A stretch of DNA of 64,000 nt from an uncultured Methanosarcinaceae archaeon (GCA_963727895.1 CAVSHT010000012.1:128001-192000), one strand, 5' to 3'. Shown: positions 44,269 through 56,330, counted from the first letter of the stretch. The notes: generated from the sequence alone by a model not told the origin. A program made the numbers and translations.

Positions 44269-45744
44269 TTATGTATTCAGTTTCAGGTTTTTCTCTCTTA
44301 TTCTGCATCCAATACCGTAAAGGAGAGATATAACATCGTCTTCGACGGAATTTACATCACAATCTCCAAAAATAGTTATTCTATAAGTAACTCCGAGTTT
44401 TTCTGCTTCTTTTGTTCCTTTTTCATTTTCCACTTCAGTAAACCCTTTATATTCTTCCAGATTAATCCCATTATAGATATCACTTATTTCACAGGATGCA
44501 AGTTGTTTATTAGTGTTTATAACTCTAAGAATAATCGACGGGTCAGCCCCGTTAGGAATAAGGACTGAAATCTCTCTTATAGAATGTTTAAGTTTTTCTT
44601 TTCTCCATTCCAACAATTCGGATTCAGAAAGCAGGCGAAGATTTTCAAGTTTTAGTTTTACAAATTTATTTTTTATATTTGGGGAAGTGCCTTTTGATAC
44701 CAGCTTTTTAAGAACTATCTCGTCTGGACCAACTTTTTCCAGAGTACCAACATGGATTTTTCCGGAATAAAAATGGGAAAACCCACAGTTTTTTCCAACG
44801 GAGTTCAGGATAGTCTCGTATTCAGCTATTCTAGAATTAATCAGTTTGTCCGATTTTCGCAGGGCATGAGTTGTATCACCGTATTTTCGAGCAGCAACTT
44901 TCATTTTTTTTACAAAGCCTTCTTCATCGTGAGTTCTCACAAGTCCTGAAAGCTCTTCACATTCCCTGATAAATGCTTCATGAACATCAAGAACTCCTGG
45001 ATTTTCCATCTGAATAAGGGCATATAGATAGGGATTTTGTCCAAGAATCCTGCCTACAAAGTCCAGCATTATGTCGTAGACAGGACTTACGAATTTTCTG
45101 GATTTTTTTACATCAAAGTCTAATCTGTCAATGGTAGTCCCTATGGTAATATATGTAAAATGGGTAAGTCCCTGCACAACCGAAACAAGCCTATCGTGCT
45201 CAGCTGCAGTAGTAATCTCAACATGGGCTCCCCCTTCCTCAAAAAGTTCTCTTATTACTGGAAACCATTTCTCTGAACGCTCCTTTACAGGGACGAGAAT
45301 AACAGTTTGCCCTCTGATAGTAGGAATTGTTGGACCAAACATTGGATGTGTGCCGATAATTTCTACATCTGAAGGGGCGAATTTTTTCATTGCTTCCACA
45401 GGCTTTACTTTAATAGAAGTAAAGTCCATAAGGAGGCTTCCAGCTTTCATTTTAGGGGCAAATTCCGAAATAGTTTCTTCAGTCACACTAATAGGCACTG
45501 AGACTATCACAATATCGGTTTCAGAAACAGTTTCCTCAATATTTGAGGCAAAAGGAACTCCTAATTTCTTTGCAATCTCAGTTTTTCCTCCTTTTCCCCA
45601 AACTGTAACTTTATAATCTCTTTCTTTGAAAAAACGGGTGAACCACTGTCCCATTTCACCAGTTCCGCCAAGGATCAATACCTTGGTTTTTTCAGGATTT
45701 TCATTCATGGTGACCTGACTTATGGGTTCCAGATTGGCACTCAA
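44269..45744 (-). CDS. tyrA: Prephenate dehydrogenase
   Basis: ILGGTGEMG, DFTSIK, GTHPMFGP and EHDRLVSVVQGLTH motifs. The start may be at 45708. Confidence 0.92.
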   Translation of the reverse strand: MSANLEPISQVTMNENPEKTKVLILGGTGEMGQWFTRFFKERDYKVTVWGKGGKTEIAKKLGVPFASNIEETVSETDIVIVSVPISVTEETISEFAPKMKAGSLLMDFTSIKVKPVEAMKKFAPSDVEIIGTHPMFGPTIPTIRGQTVILVPVKERSEKWFPVIRELFEEGGAHVEITTAAEHDRLVSVVQGLTHFTYITIGTTIDRLDFDVKKSRKFVSPVYDIMLDFVGRILGQNPYLYALIQMENPGVLDVHEAFIRECEELSGLVRTHDEEGFVKKMKVAARKYGDTTHALRKSDKLINSRIAEYETILNSVGKNCGFSHFYSGKIHVGTLEKVGPDEIVLKKLVSKGTSPNIKNKFVKLKLENLRLLSESELLEWRKEKLKHSIREISVLIPNGADPSIILRVINTNKQLASCEISDIYNGINLEEYKGFTEVENEKGTKEAEKLGVTYRITIFGDCDVNSVEDDVISLLYGIGCRIREKNLKLNT

Positions 45745-46583
45745 GACTGTAAAGCCTCCAGAACCGTTTTTTTCATAAGTTCGACTGGAGGTTCGATTCC
45801 TGTCCAGAGTCTAAATGCTTCAGCTCCCTGATATACAAGCATCAAGACTCCGCTTACAGTCTTTGCGCCTGAGGCTTTTGCTTCTTTTAAAAGTCTGGTT
45901 TCCAGGGGATTATAAACAATATCAAAAACAGTGAGGTTAGAATGGAGCTCTTTTGCAGTGGCAATAGCAGTATCCGTATTCGGGTGCATTCCAAGAGTTG
46001 TGGTATTGATCAAGACGTCGGCATCCTGCAGCAGGTCTTTTAATCCAGAGAGTCCTCTTCCCTCTACTTTTCCAGAAGGGGATGCGGCTGAGATATCTTC
46101 TGCAAGCTCAATTGCTCTGCCTTCAGTTCGGTTTACTATTGTGATTTCAGCGCCATCAGCTGCAAGCTGAAAAGCAATAGCTCTTGCTGCTCCACCCGCT
46201 CCTGCAACCACGATATTAGACCCCTTTATTTCCACTGTAGCATTCTGAAGTGCCTGTTTTGCTCCTAATCCGTCTGTATTGTACCCTTTTATTTCTCCAT
46301 TTTCCTCGAAGACTATAGTGTTTACAGCTCCGATCTTTTCGGCAAGTGGGTCAGGTTTTATGCAGCCAATTTTTAAAGCTGTCTCTTTTAGGGGGACTGT
46401 CAGGTTTACCCCTCCAAATCCCATAGCTTCAGCTCCAAGAATTGCTTTTTCCAGTTTTTCAGGTTTCACCCTGAAAGCGTGATAGACACAATCCATCTCA
46501 AGGGCTGAAAAAGCTGCATTATGCATTGCAGGAGAAAGGGAATGACCTATTGGATCTCCAAATACGCCAAAAATTTGTTTCAT
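45741..46583 (-). CDS. aroE: Shikimate dehydrogenase
   Basis: GHSLSPAMHN, NLTVPLK, GAVNT, NTDG, GAGGAA and DIVYNP motifs. Confidence 0.96.
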   Translation of the reverse strand: MKQIFGVFGDPIGHSLSPAMHNAAFSALEMDCVYHAFRVKPEKLEKAILGAEAMGFGGVNLTVPLKETALKIGCIKPDPLAEKIGAVNTIVFEENGEIKGYNTDGLGAKQALQNATVEIKGSNIVVAGAGGAARAIAFQLAADGAEITIVNRTEGRAIELAEDISAASPSGKVEGRGLSGLKDLLQDADVLINTTTLGMHPNTDTAIATAKELHSNLTVFDIVYNPLETRLLKEAKASGAKTVSGVLMLVYQGAEAFRLWTGIEPPVELMKKTVLEALQS

Positions 46584-47353
46584 TCAAGCATCTCCATTAT
46601 CTTTTTTACTTCATCTACCTGCAATTGTCCGGGAGCCGCAGAGATTTCACTTTCAACAGCCGCATATGTCAGGACCGAGCCGTAAAAAGGAGCAATCACT
46701 CTTGTATGTTTCCCAAGTTTTCCCATAGCAATAGCACATATAGCTCCTCTAGACTCCCTTGTTTCCAATGCAACTTTTAACAGGTCAAGTACATCTTTCA
46801 TTGATTGGGGCATAACAGCAAGTTTCGTAATATCTGCCCCTGCCAAAAATGCTTCTTCAAAAACAGTTTTCATTTCCTGAAAAGAAGGGGTTTTTGAAAA
46901 ATCATGGGAAGAAACGATTACGGTTTTTCCACACTCTTTTGCTGTTTTTATTACTTTGTCTCTTTCTGTTTTTCCGGCAGAAAGCTCTATATCTACTGCA
47001 TCTGGCCCATTTTTCATGAAAAGGAGATTTATGAGAAGTTCAGTTCTTTCGACCTCTTTTCCTTCCCATTTCCCTCCTTCCTTGCTGGAGCGATTTGTAA
47101 GAATTACCGAAAGTCCGGTTTCGGATTTCACTTTTCGGATTGTCTCTGCCGCGGTTTCCAGATCCCTAATTCCAAGTAAATCCAGCCGGACCTCGAGAAT
47201 ATCAGCTCCCATTTCGGCGGCTTTTCTTGAAGTTTCAAGGGGTTTTTCAAGGATTACTGCAACAACGGCAGCTTTTTTCTCAAGATCAAGCGGGCCAATA
47301 CGAATCATTGCTTGCTCCAGGTTTCCTTTTTTGCTAATAGTTACTTTTGACAA
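46580..47353 (-). CDS. aroD: Type I 3-dehydroquinate dehydratase
   Basis: EVRLD, TNRSSKEGG, VDIEL, SSHDF, KLAVMP, AMGKLG and APGQ motifs. Confidence 0.94.
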   Translation of the reverse strand: MSKVTISKKGNLEQAMIRIGPLDLEKKAAVVAVILEKPLETSRKAAEMGADILEVRLDLLGIRDLETAAETIRKVKSETGLSVILTNRSSKEGGKWEGKEVERTELLINLLFMKNGPDAVDIELSAGKTERDKVIKTAKECGKTVIVSSHDFSKTPSFQEMKTVFEEAFLAGADITKLAVMPQSMKDVLDLLKVALETRESRGAICAIAMGKLGKHTRVIAPFYGSVLTYAAVESEISAAPGQLQVDEVKKIMEMLE

Positions 47354-47370
47354 GTTATACTTTTGACAAG

Positions 47371-48507
47371 TTACTTTTCTATAATCGTTTCCTCAATCTT
47401 TTTTCCAAAATGCCTTGCTCCCTCTTCCAGACGAACCATAACCTCATCCCCTTTCTTGAGTTTGGCGACTGATATAGGATTTCCATCTTTTCCAACCAGT
47501 TTGATGGTCTCGGCATTTTGCAGGATGGCGCTTAGGGTCCTGTCTCCTACTTTTGCTTCAATAAGCATTAGAGGACGGCTTTCTATCTTGACCCTGCCCA
47601 CAATACCTTCTCTCTGTTTTCCTTTTGAATCTACAATAGTTACCATATCTCCAGTCCTGAGTTCCGATAGGTAACATGTTTTATCTCCTATTTTTATATA
47701 AGAGTGAACTGCACCCGCATTTACTCTGAACGGGCGAGCTGCCACATAAGGGCTGTCATCGGATTCTGAATTTACCAGGAACATCCCACTTGCCTGAGAA
47801 CCTATAAGCATACCTTCTCCTCTTTGCATGAGGTTGCAGGTATCCACACAAACTCGATCTCCCATTCCAAGAGGTTCTACCTGGGTTACAACTGCAGTCT
47901 CAAGCTTGGTATTCTCGTTTTCCAGCTCCCTTGCAGCCTGAATAGTATCTTTTATTTCCTGAGGATTTTCACTGTCAATAAGTACTCCATCTGCTCCTGC
48001 CTCAAGAGTTTTGAAAGCCAATTTAGCTTCCTCTGCACTCTTTACCCCGAAAATTATCTTTACATCATAACGCTGAAGTTCAGCTATCAGGTTTTCTAGA
48101 GGGATAACTTTCCAGTCTGTTCCAGTCACAATCAGGAAATCGCAGACTTTTCCCAATTCGGCTGCGAAATGCTCATAGCGTTTATCCTTTATTACAACAT
48201 ATCCGCCTACAGCTATCCCTTTATCCCTTAGAAGGGTTGCTGCGTTTATGTCAAGAGAACCCGAGGTCTCAAGAGACAGGGGTTTTGTCCCATCGCCTTC
48301 TCCTCTTTTTCCAACGACAATAATCTCAGCTCCTGATTTATTGTCACGACTAAAGGTTGCTACTGGAATATTTCCCAATTCTTTGACTTTTGCGACATCG
48401 CCTGGATTTACAAGTACACAATCGGCTCCTGATTCAAGGCCTGTTGTAATCCTTTCTTTCTGTTGTTCCCATTCGCCTTCATCGGCTTTTATCCACACGC
48501 TTTTCAT
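47371..48507 (-). CDS. aroB': 3-dehydroquinate synthase II (archaeal)
   Basis: DWKVIPLENLIA, GDRVCVDTC, RPFRVNAGAVH and LQNAETI motifs. Likely start is MKSVW at 48507. Confidence 0.94.
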   Translation of the reverse strand: MKSVWIKADEGEWEQQKERITTGLESGADCVLVNPGDVAKVKELGNIPVATFSRDNKSGAEIIVVGKRGEGDGTKPLSLETSGSLDINAATLLRDKGIAVGGYVVIKDKRYEHFAAELGKVCDFLIVTGTDWKVIPLENLIAELQRYDVKIIFGVKSAEEAKLAFKTLEAGADGVLIDSENPQEIKDTIQAARELENENTKLETAVVTQVEPLGMGDRVCVDTCNLMQRGEGMLIGSQASGMFLVNSESDDSPYVAARPFRVNAGAVHSYIKIGDKTCYLSELRTGDMVTIVDSKGKQREGIVGRVKIESRPLMLIEAKVGDRTLSAILQNAETIKLVGKDGNPISVAKLKKGDEVMVRLEEGARHFGKKIEETIIEK

Positions 48508-48606
48508 TTTCAAAGGCTTTAACCCCGGTATATTTTTTATTTGAATCAGGCCTATCACTTTTTAACATTTATTCAGGTTCTGGTCTTGCTTTCCAATATC
48601 TATCTC

Positions 48607-49404
48607 TTATTTCAACTGTTCGAGAGCTTCGTCTACAGACCTTCTATGATGTACGATTTCGCAGATAGCCCTGGTTAGTCTTACAGGGTCTTTATGCTGG
48701 AAAACGTTTCTTCCGATTGCAGCACCTCTCGCTCCAGCTTCTATGGCTCCATCAATCATCTCTAAGAGGTCTCTATCTGTTGAGGTTTTAGGCCCTCCTG
48801 CAATAACTACAGGAACAGGGCAGCCTCTAACAACATCTCTGAAGCTGTCAGGATCTCCAGTGTAAACGGTTTTTACTACATCGGCTCCGAGTTCAGCCCC
48901 GATCCTTGCAGCATGTGCTACGTTTACAGGATCATGGGGGTTGGTGATTTTTTTACCTCGGGGGTACATCATAGCAAGAAGAGGCATACCCCATTCTGTA
49001 CAGTCTCTAGAGATTTTTCCGAGTTGTTCCAGCTGGTCAGCTTCGGTTTGAGAACCTATATTAATATGCATTGAAACGGCATCGGCTCCCATTTTTATTA
49101 CTTCTTCTACTGTACAGACCTGCACCTTAGCATTTGGGTCTGGACTCAAGGACGAAGAACCACTAATATGTACTATCAGACCTATGTCATGGCCGTATCC
49201 TCTGTGTCCGTATTTTACCATTCCTTTCTGCATAAGGACAGCGTTTGCTCCTCCTTCGGCGACTTTGTTTACTGTATCTGTGATATTGATAAGCCCAGGA
49301 ATAGGCCCATCTGAAATCCCATGATCCATGGGAATAACGACCATGTTTCTGCTTTCCCGGTTCATCAGTCTTTCTATACGTATCTTTTTACCAATTTCTG
49401 ACAT
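48607..49404 (-). CDS. aroA': 2-amino-3,7-dideoxy-D-threo-hept-6-ulosonate synthase
   Basis: [25 protein letters not shown] and GRNVFQ class I aldolase motifs; first gene of the aro operon. Confidence 0.93.
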   Translation of the reverse strand: MSEIGKKIRIERLMNRESRNMVVIPMDHGISDGPIPGLINITDTVNKVAEGGANAVLMQKGMVKYGHRGYGHDIGLIVHISGSSSLSPDPNAKVQVCTVEEVIKMGADAVSMHINIGSQTEADQLEQLGKISRDCTEWGMPLLAMMYPRGKKITNPHDPVNVAHAARIGAELGADVVKTVYTGDPDSFRDVVRGCPVPVVIAGGPKTSTDRDLLEMIDGAIEAGARGAAIGRNVFQHKDPVRLTRAICEIVHHRRSVDEALEQLK

Positions 49405-49803
49405 TGTGATCCCCTTAATGTTTTATCGCTCTCAATTGCTATTAATAATATTCACTTAAACTATCATGCTAGTATGTCACATGCTAACACACTCAATCTA
49501 TTTAAAGCTATTCCGCCTGGATATAAGGCAAACTATTCATTCTAATAAAAATGATTATTCTTGAACTTTTCTGTATGAATATGTCCTATACTGCTCATAT
49601 TTGTGGTTCATTATTTGTAGCTTACTCTTGTTCATAAACTATATGAATAAACTAAACTAAACTTAGAAGCTTCTTGATCCCGAAAACAGGCACAGACTCT
49701 AAATTTCTAAATCATACGAGAATTAAAATAGAATAAGATTGGCTAATAAAGTAAACTTGGAGCTTGAGATAAATATAATACTAAAACAGGAACTGAAGTA
49801 ATT

Positions 49804-50373
49804 ATGAAAGAACTGAAAATTCTTGTTGTTAATAACTATGGACAATTTTGCCATCTCATTCATCGGGCTGTTCGGGATCTTGATATGGATACGAAAATAA
49901 TTCCCAACACAACTCCAATTGAAGATGTTCTGGCAGAGGAACCTGATGGACTGATCTTTAGTGGTGGACCGAAAATGGATAGGGCAGGCTTATGTTTTGA
50001 TTATGCCCGAAAAATTGACCTTCCTATTCTTGGAATCTGCCTCGGACATCAGGCAATTGCTCTGGCATACGGGGGTCATGTTCATTCAGGAAAAAAAGGT
50101 GGCTATGCAGAAGTTGAGATAGAGGTTCTCGAAGAAGATGATATTCTGCGGGGACTTGGTCCCAAAACTACTGTCTGGGCTTCACATGCCGATGAAGTTG
50201 TCGTTATGCCTGAGAGCTTCCTTCATCTTGCCAGGTCAGATGTCTGTGAAATTGAAGCAATGCGCCATCCTACAAAACCAATTTACGGTGTTCAGTGGCA
50301 TCCTGAAGTTTCCCATACTGAGAAAGGGGAAGAATTACTTATTAACTTCCTTGGAATTTGCGAGCAATATTAA
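49804..50373 (+). CDS. guaAA: GMP synthase subunit A (glutamine amidotransferase)
   Basis: GICLGHQ, WASHAD and QWHPE motifs. Confidence 0.93.
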   Translation: MKELKILVVNNYGQFCHLIHRAVRDLDMDTKIIPNTTPIEDVLAEEPDGLIFSGGPKMDRAGLCFDYARKIDLPILGICLGHQAIALAYGGHVHSGKKGGYAEVEIEVLEEDDILRGLGPKTTVWASHADEVVVMPESFLHLARSDVCEIEAMRHPTKPIYGVQWHPEVSHTEKGEELLINFLGICEQY

Positions 50374-50506
50374 TTAGCGTTAATTATCGACGTCAATAAT
50401 GAATTATGTCAATTATGAATATATTGACTTGGAAATATTCTGTAAAGTTGGTAATTGTATAAGAAAAATGAATACTATATAATATAAACAAGAACTTCGG
50501 GATAAA

Positions 50507-51838
50507 TTACATCCCGAGTCTTTTCTTCATCATTTTCTGAACATTGAATTTTCCACCTCTAAAGCCTTTTAGAGCTGTCTGCATAGTTTTGTGATATTTC
50601 AGAAGTTCTCTTACGTCTTCAGGACTGCAGCCTGAACCTCTTGAAATCCTTTTAATCCGGGAACCACCAATTATTTTTGGATCAGTCATCTCTGCTTCTG
50701 TCATGGAGTCCATAATAGTCCTGTAGTTCTTCATCTTGTCACTTGTAGCCTGGAACATTTCATCTGAGAGCTTAACGCCTCCCATTCCGCCCAATCCCAT
50801 TGGCAGCATAGACATAATCTGTTTGAGAGGCCCCATCTTGTTCATGGCTTCAAGCTGTTTATACATATCTTTGAGAGTGAACTTTCCCTGCATCAAAGCT
50901 TCCACATTTACGTCTTCTTCGCTCAGGGTTTCTTCAGCTTTTTCCATCAGGCTTTTGAGGTCTCCCATTCCAAGAAGCCTGGAGATGAATCTATCAACCT
51001 CGAATTTTTCAAAGTCCTCTGAGGTTTCTCCAACACCGATAAAAGCAATAGGGGCTTTTGTTTCGGATACAGCAGAAAGGGCTCCACCTCCTTTTGCGGT
51101 TCCGTCAAGTTTAGTTATAATAACGCCTGTAATTCCCACGGAATTATTAAATGCCTGGGCTTGTTGGCTTGCTTGCTGTCCTATTCCTGCGTCCAGCACC
51201 ATGAACTTGTGATTCGGCTTTGCAACGGCATTAATCCGTTCCATCTCATCTATAAGATCGGCTTCAAGGGCGTGCCGGCCAGCCGTATCAACTATTCTCA
51301 CATCGTATTTTTCCAAGGCTTTGAGACCATTTCTTGTGATTTCAACAGCATCGGGATTATTTTCTTCTCCATAGAAAGCTACATTGAGCTTTTCACAGAG
51401 GGTTTTAAGCTGGTGGTATGCACCCGGACGGAAAGTATCTGCGGCAACAACTCCTGCTTTAAGTCCTTTTCTCTGGAAGTAGCGGGCAAGTTTTGCAGTA
51501 CTTGTGGTTTTTCCGCTACCCTGAAGCCCTACCATCATTATAATCTGGGGTTTGAGCTGGATTTCAGCTCCCTTGCCAATAATTCCCATCAGTTCCTGGT
51601 AAACAATACGAATTACGTGCTCCCTCGGGTTCATACCTGCAGGAGGGTCTTCTTTCATTGCACGCTCTTTGATTTTCTGGGACATCACCATAACAAGTTT
51701 TACATTCACGTCGGCCTGGAGCAGAGCTCGCTGGATATCTTTTACTACTTCATTGACCGTGCGCTCATCAATTCGCCCCGCGCCGATTAACTTTTTGAGC
51801 GCCCCCTGTAAAGAGTCTCCAAGTTTTTCCATTACCAT
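50507..51838 (-). CDS. srp54: Signal recognition particle protein Srp54
   Basis: [26 protein letters not shown] and a Met-rich M domain. Confidence 0.97.
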   Translation of the reverse strand: MVMEKLGDSLQGALKKLIGAGRIDERTVNEVVKDIQRALLQADVNVKLVMVMSQKIKERAMKEDPPAGMNPREHVIRIVYQELMGIIGKGAEIQLKPQIIMMVGLQGSGKTTSTAKLARYFQRKGLKAGVVAADTFRPGAYHQLKTLCEKLNVAFYGEENNPDAVEITRNGLKALEKYDVRIVDTAGRHALEADLIDEMERINAVAKPNHKFMVLDAGIGQQASQQAQAFNNSVGITGVIITKLDGTAKGGGALSAVSETKAPIAFIGVGETSEDFEKFEVDRFISRLLGMGDLKSLMEKAEETLSEEDVNVEALMQGKFTLKDMYKQLEAMNKMGPLKQIMSMLPMGLGGMGGVKLSDEMFQATSDKMKNYRTIMDSMTEAEMTDPKIIGGSRIKRISRGSGCSPEDVRELLKYHKTMQTALKGFRGGKFNVQKMMKKRLGM

Positions 51839-52094
51839 ATGAAAATCATCCTGCTCATTTTTTGAGGATATATGAAAAGATACTCACTCTTTTTTGACAT
51901 TGTGTAAGAGAGTAACCTTCCTTAATAAGCCTTGAGTTTAAGTAGCTTAAAAACGGGCTAAGTAAATGGGTTCTAGGTATAAGTCGATAACCGACTATAA
52001 AAAAGTTGCCTGGTATCAATATCTGAAAAAGTAACATCTGAAATACTCTAAATAATGTTAAAACACAAACAAATCCAGAAAAGAATTTTTACTA

Positions 52095-52169
52095 TAGCGG
52101 GGGATGGATTCGAACCATCGGTCTACGGGTTATGAGCCCGTCGGGATCTCCTGGCTACCCCACCCCGCT
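52095..52169 (-). tRNA. Initiator tRNA-Met(CAT)
   Basis: AGCGGGG...CCCCGCTA with A1-U72; three G-C pairs GGG/CCC in the anticodon stem; loop CTCATAA. Confidence 0.95.
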
Positions 52170-52407
52170 ACAGGGTTTTATTTCTCAGGCCACTTTGCCT
52201 GGGATAACAAGCACAACATGCCAACTATTGTTTATATAGTTGTCGGTCGTTGTTCTCTTTTTTGTAATTTTATTGAGAAACATATTGTTTTTCTAACCTA
52301 TTTTTGTAATTATTCCAGTCTCTTCTGATTTTGTTTTCTGTAAGTTATTTTTTGTTTACTGATTTTTTTCGGAAACGTATTTGAAATCTCAAACCATAAA
52401 TCATATT

Positions 52408-52593
52408 ATGACAAGGTGCTTATTCTGTGGAGCTTATTGTGAAGTAAAGTGTGGAGTTTACTGTGAAGGATATCCTGGAATCCAGGGAGAAAAGGAAGAG
52501 GGTAAGGAAATTCTTGTATGCACGCAAATTGGTACATCTTATATCTGCGAAAACTGTCTTAAGGACTTAAAACAGGCTCTTGATTCTGTCTAA
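52408..52593 (+). CDS. Small Zn-finger-like protein
   Basis: MTRCLFCG...ICENCL CxxC pair. Confidence 0.6.
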   Translation: MTRCLFCGAYCEVKCGVYCEGYPGIQGEKEEGKEILVCTQIGTSYICENCLKDLKQALDSV

Positions 52594-52706
52594 AGGGTAA
52601 AAACTGAAGAGGTAAAACTGAAACGAATATTATTCAAGGTAAAAAGTTTTCTTCTCCTTTACCCAATGAAGTGTATGACCCGAAAAAGGACAGGTCTAGC
52701 CGGTAT

Positions 52707-53531
52707 TTAGACAACTTCAACCTTAAGTTTGAAAGTATCTTCTTTTCCGGTTACATTTTCCCAGGGCCTTTTATATATTCCTGTTATCTGCTGGTTGCCT
52801 GAATTTACAGCTTTTATCTTCCATTGGTGAGTTCCTGGAACTCCGGTATAACCTTCAGGAGCTTGATCCTGTGTATACTCGTCGTTGAGAATGTGGAGTC
52901 CATGGCTCAAATTGAGTTGCCAGGAATAGCCTGTGGACGGATTTTCTCTGAGTCTAAGGTAAAAAGTTGCTCCATTCTCGAGATTTATTATTGCCCCATT
53001 GTTAGTTTCAGTTAATACTTGCTGTTTCGCTGGTATAGAACTGGTAGATTGCTGAGGTATATTATCAACTGCAAGTTCAAAATATCCTTTTACTCCATTT
53101 ACATTTACAGTATAGTTTCCAGCTTTGAGTCCCTGGACTTCAAGAGGAATATTTTCTGTAAAGTTCTTTATAACCTGTGTACAGACTGCGTCTTTCGGGT
53201 GGTTTGTACTTATATTGATATTAAAGGTATTACCTTCTCTTTCAGTCTTTATTTTATCGATCTCAGTACATCCATCAGGCAAATAACCTTCTGCTATCAC
53301 CTGTACATGTACAGGAAAAGACTCAAGGCTTACAATTTTTATATTCTGCACGTTTGCAGTGCTATATATATAATCTATTCCATTGTTTTCCTCAGTATTG
53401 TTTGTTGTATTTCCTGCCTTGGTTTCGTTCTGTCCTTTGTCAACACAGCCGGAAAGAATAATCACAAAAACCATAAACAGGAATGTCATAATTTTTGTAT
53501 ATTCACAAAACATACTGCTTGTTTTCTTCAT
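52707..53531 (-). CDS. Lipoprotein with C-terminal protease inhibitor I42 (chagasin) domain
   Basis: Lipobox ILSGC; ENPSTGYSW, GVPG and YKRPWE chagasin motifs. Confidence 0.88.
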   Translation of the reverse strand: MKKTSSMFCEYTKIMTFLFMVFVIILSGCVDKGQNETKAGNTTNNTEENNGIDYIYSTANVQNIKIVSLESFPVHVQVIAEGYLPDGCTEIDKIKTEREGNTFNINISTNHPKDAVCTQVIKNFTENIPLEVQGLKAGNYTVNVNGVKGYFELAVDNIPQQSTSSIPAKQQVLTETNNGAIINLENGATFYLRLRENPSTGYSWQLNLSHGLHILNDEYTQDQAPEGYTGVPGTHQWKIKAVNSGNQQITGIYKRPWENVTGKEDTFKLKVEVV

Positions 53532-54197
53532 TTTTCCCTCTTTCTCTCTAATCTATTTCTGAAAAGATGCGCTTATTTTGGATTTATTCTTTGGGTTTTG
53601 TAGAAATGCACTAAAAACAAGTTTCGTTAACTTGAACTAAATATTTGATTCTTTTTTACTGGTTTCATTTCAGTCTTTTGGATCTGATTTTTGATAGTTT
53701 TTCTAGAAAATTATTTTTTGCTTAATCATCTAAAATATTATTTCCTTTATACTAATAAAATATACTCTTTTAACCTAATTGTTTATAATGTTATTATCTC
53801 TTCTCTTATGTTTTTAAAAATATCTATTTTATAATTTCAAAATATTCAAAAGATCTCTTTTTTCACTATTATCAAAAAACATAAGATCTGGCATTTAAGA
53901 AGATACCAAGTTGATTTATTTTAAACAAGTTCTCTTAAATACCATAAAATAAGCTGTTTATAACTCAAAAGATGTTTAGAGTGTACTTTTTCTTGAATGG
54001 TATCAAGGTAGCCTGTAATATCTTCAAAGTTAAGAGAAAAATTAAGCTTAATGAAGATAATTCATATATAAAAATAAGTAAAACTTACAAGAGCATTTTT
54101 TTTATTTTAAACGGCATTAAAGCATCTTCATTGTTTGCAAAAACAGGAATAAGTTGAGCATTTTTTATCTACTATTTTTTCCTAACCAAATCCGCTT

Positions 54198-54974
54198 TTA
54201 TATCTCTTGAGCTTGCTTTCCATAATGCATAATGAGGTCTTCAGTCCATTCCAACGCTGAAGGCTTGAAGCCTATAATTGTCTCCTGGTCAAAAACACCT
54301 TTCGAAGTAAGAAAATCGATAGCCATGAAACGTTCTGTCTTAACAAGCATAGCAATCTTTATCTCATCCTTACAGATAAAAAGCCTCCTTTTATCTCTGT
54401 CAAGATAAAGTTTCAGTTCTTTCTCGAAGTCGGTTTTCAGTCTTTCATAGATTTTTCCTGTTACTATTAGAGTTATCTCAATATCATTATTTTGGTTTGT
54501 TAAGAATATTTTAGAAAACACCGGATGAAATATTGACGAAAAAGATATTATTTTTTTTGAGTTTCTTATGTTTTCCAAAAAAATAGAAGAAGGCTCAAAA
54601 ATATTATCTCTATCTGGTTTAACAAGAAAGCAGGACTTTAAGTCATTAATTCTTTTCAGGAATGCTCTGGGTAGGGCTGTGAGATCACGTTCTTGCCAAT
54701 AATCTTCATTTTTCTCAATGACCTGTAGAATATCAAGCAGAGGTTCCATTTTTTCAACCAAAATTTCCGCAAGAGGAGTTAATCTATATTCTCGATCTTC
54801 CTGATAAACAAGATGTTCATCTTTTAATTTTTTGATTTGAGGAAGCATGCCTGTCGGGTTAACGTTCAGAATATCTACAATTTCCTCTCTCGTTTTACTT
54901 CCGTTTTTGAGCAGGAGCAAAAGGTCTTTTCTCTTTTGGGACATAAATAATAGATCTATCAGGTTTTTGTCCAT
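54198..54974 (-). CDS. Winged-helix transcriptional regulator with DUF1724-type C-terminus
   Basis: LFMSQKRKDLLLLL...LPQIKKL...YRLTPLA wHTH; C-terminal SALEW. Confidence 0.85.
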   Translation of the reverse strand: MDKNLIDLLFMSQKRKDLLLLLKNGSKTREEIVDILNVNPTGMLPQIKKLKDEHLVYQEDREYRLTPLAEILVEKMEPLLDILQVIEKNEDYWQERDLTALPRAFLKRINDLKSCFLVKPDRDNIFEPSSIFLENIRNSKKIISFSSIFHPVFSKIFLTNQNNDIEITLIVTGKIYERLKTDFEKELKLYLDRDKRRLFICKDEIKIAMLVKTERFMAIDFLTSKGVFDQETIIGFKPSALEWTEDLIMHYGKQAQEI

Positions 54975-55200
54975 TCATTTCACTTTCCAGATATAGCGTT
55001 TCTGTGAAAGATTTCTTTTCCTTCTATTTTTCAGAAAAGGTTTCTAAACGAACGTCTATTTTATAAAGGGATTCTTTAGGGATTTTTTGAAGTTAGCTTC
55101 AGTTACACTTTATCATATAGTGAGAGCTTTTTATTTCTCTTTTAAGTATTTCTTTTTAATCTCATGCTTTCCTTTTAATTTTTCCTGTATTCCTATAACA

Positions 55201-55228
55201 AGATCATAAACTTTAAAGTTTATGATCT
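55201..55228. repeat. Perfect 28-bp palindrome
   Basis: AGATCATAAACTTT-AAAGTTTATGATCT. Confidence 0.85.
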
Positions 55229-55293
55229 CAGTTATATAGCTCAAATATATAAATTGGGAAATGTATGCTCTCTAACTGGCGAGTATCCTGCCA

Positions 55294-56019
55294 ATGTGCG
55301 CGAATTCCATATCGGGAGGACTTTGCATAGAATCATTCAAATGTGTGCTTACAAACTGGGATTATATCTATAACTTGTGCCGAAAAATTTCCACAGAAAT
55401 AAAACGTTCTGGATATGAACCGGACGTAATTATTGCGCTTGCAAGAGGAGGCTGGTTTGCTGGACGAGTTCTCTGTGATTTTCTAGGACTTGATGACCTG
55501 TCCAGTCTGAAAGTCGAGCATTATATCGGAGATACAGCTATTGATACTGGTGAGCCTTATATTCGATACCCTCTCTCGGAAAATGTTATAAAAAGAAAAA
55601 AGGTACTTATTGTAGATGATATCGTTGAAACCGGGGATAGTATGTTAAGTGCTAAATCCTACATTGAAAGCCGTAATCCCTTGGAAGTTAGAACCGCTTC
55701 ATTACAGTACTTTGGAAGTTCGAAAATTGACCCCGATTATGTGGGTGAAAGGCTTGAAGATTGGGCTTGGATTATCTATCCCTGGAACTTTATGGAAGAT
55801 ATGATAAGCATTCTAATCAAATGCATGAGAAAAAACCCTAAAAAGCTCTGGAACCTTGAGGATCTTAAACACAGCCTTTACAAAAACCATGCACTAGACT
55901 CAGTTGTCTTTGAAATTACCCAACCTGGAAGGCTCCCCGAAGTTATGGAGGAAATGGAAAGAGTACACAGGGTCAGTTCCGAGACAATTGATGGGAAAAA
56001 ACACTGGAGGCTTTTATAA
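55294..56019 (+). CDS. Type I phosphoribosyltransferase
   Basis: IALARGG, VLIVDDIVETGDS PRPP motif and WIIYPW. Confidence 0.9.
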   Translation: MCANSISGGLCIESFKCVLTNWDYIYNLCRKISTEIKRSGYEPDVIIALARGGWFAGRVLCDFLGLDDLSSLKVEHYIGDTAIDTGEPYIRYPLSENVIKRKKVLIVDDIVETGDSMLSAKSYIESRNPLEVRTASLQYFGSSKIDPDYVGERLEDWAWIIYPWNFMEDMISILIKCMRKNPKKLWNLEDLKHSLYKNHALDSVVFEITQPGRLPEVMEEMERVHRVSSETIDGKKHWRLL

Positions 56020-56330
56020 AAACTTTTGTTATATACGTTTTCCCTAAGAGGCCAACAACTTACGCCTCTTACTTAAAAATCGGGTGGGATTACAATCAAC
56101 GAAGTTTACTTTTTCTGGTCGAATCTATCTTTTTCGTAAAAACAGACATTAAGCTAGAAATACAAATATACATATCTACCTAGGGTATCTATTAAAGTAT
56201 CCACAGAGATATCATATTATTACTCTGTATTCCTCACTTGAAATCTCGGTCAGGATACCAAGTTGGTCTAAATCCCGAGTACATATTTTAATTTACAATA
56301 AATTCGTTCATTATTTCTATCGGTGAATTC

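Noticed and set aside
52104..52328. 74-aa ORF MDSNHRSTGYEP...
   Set aside because: It is the antisense of the initiator tRNA-Met.
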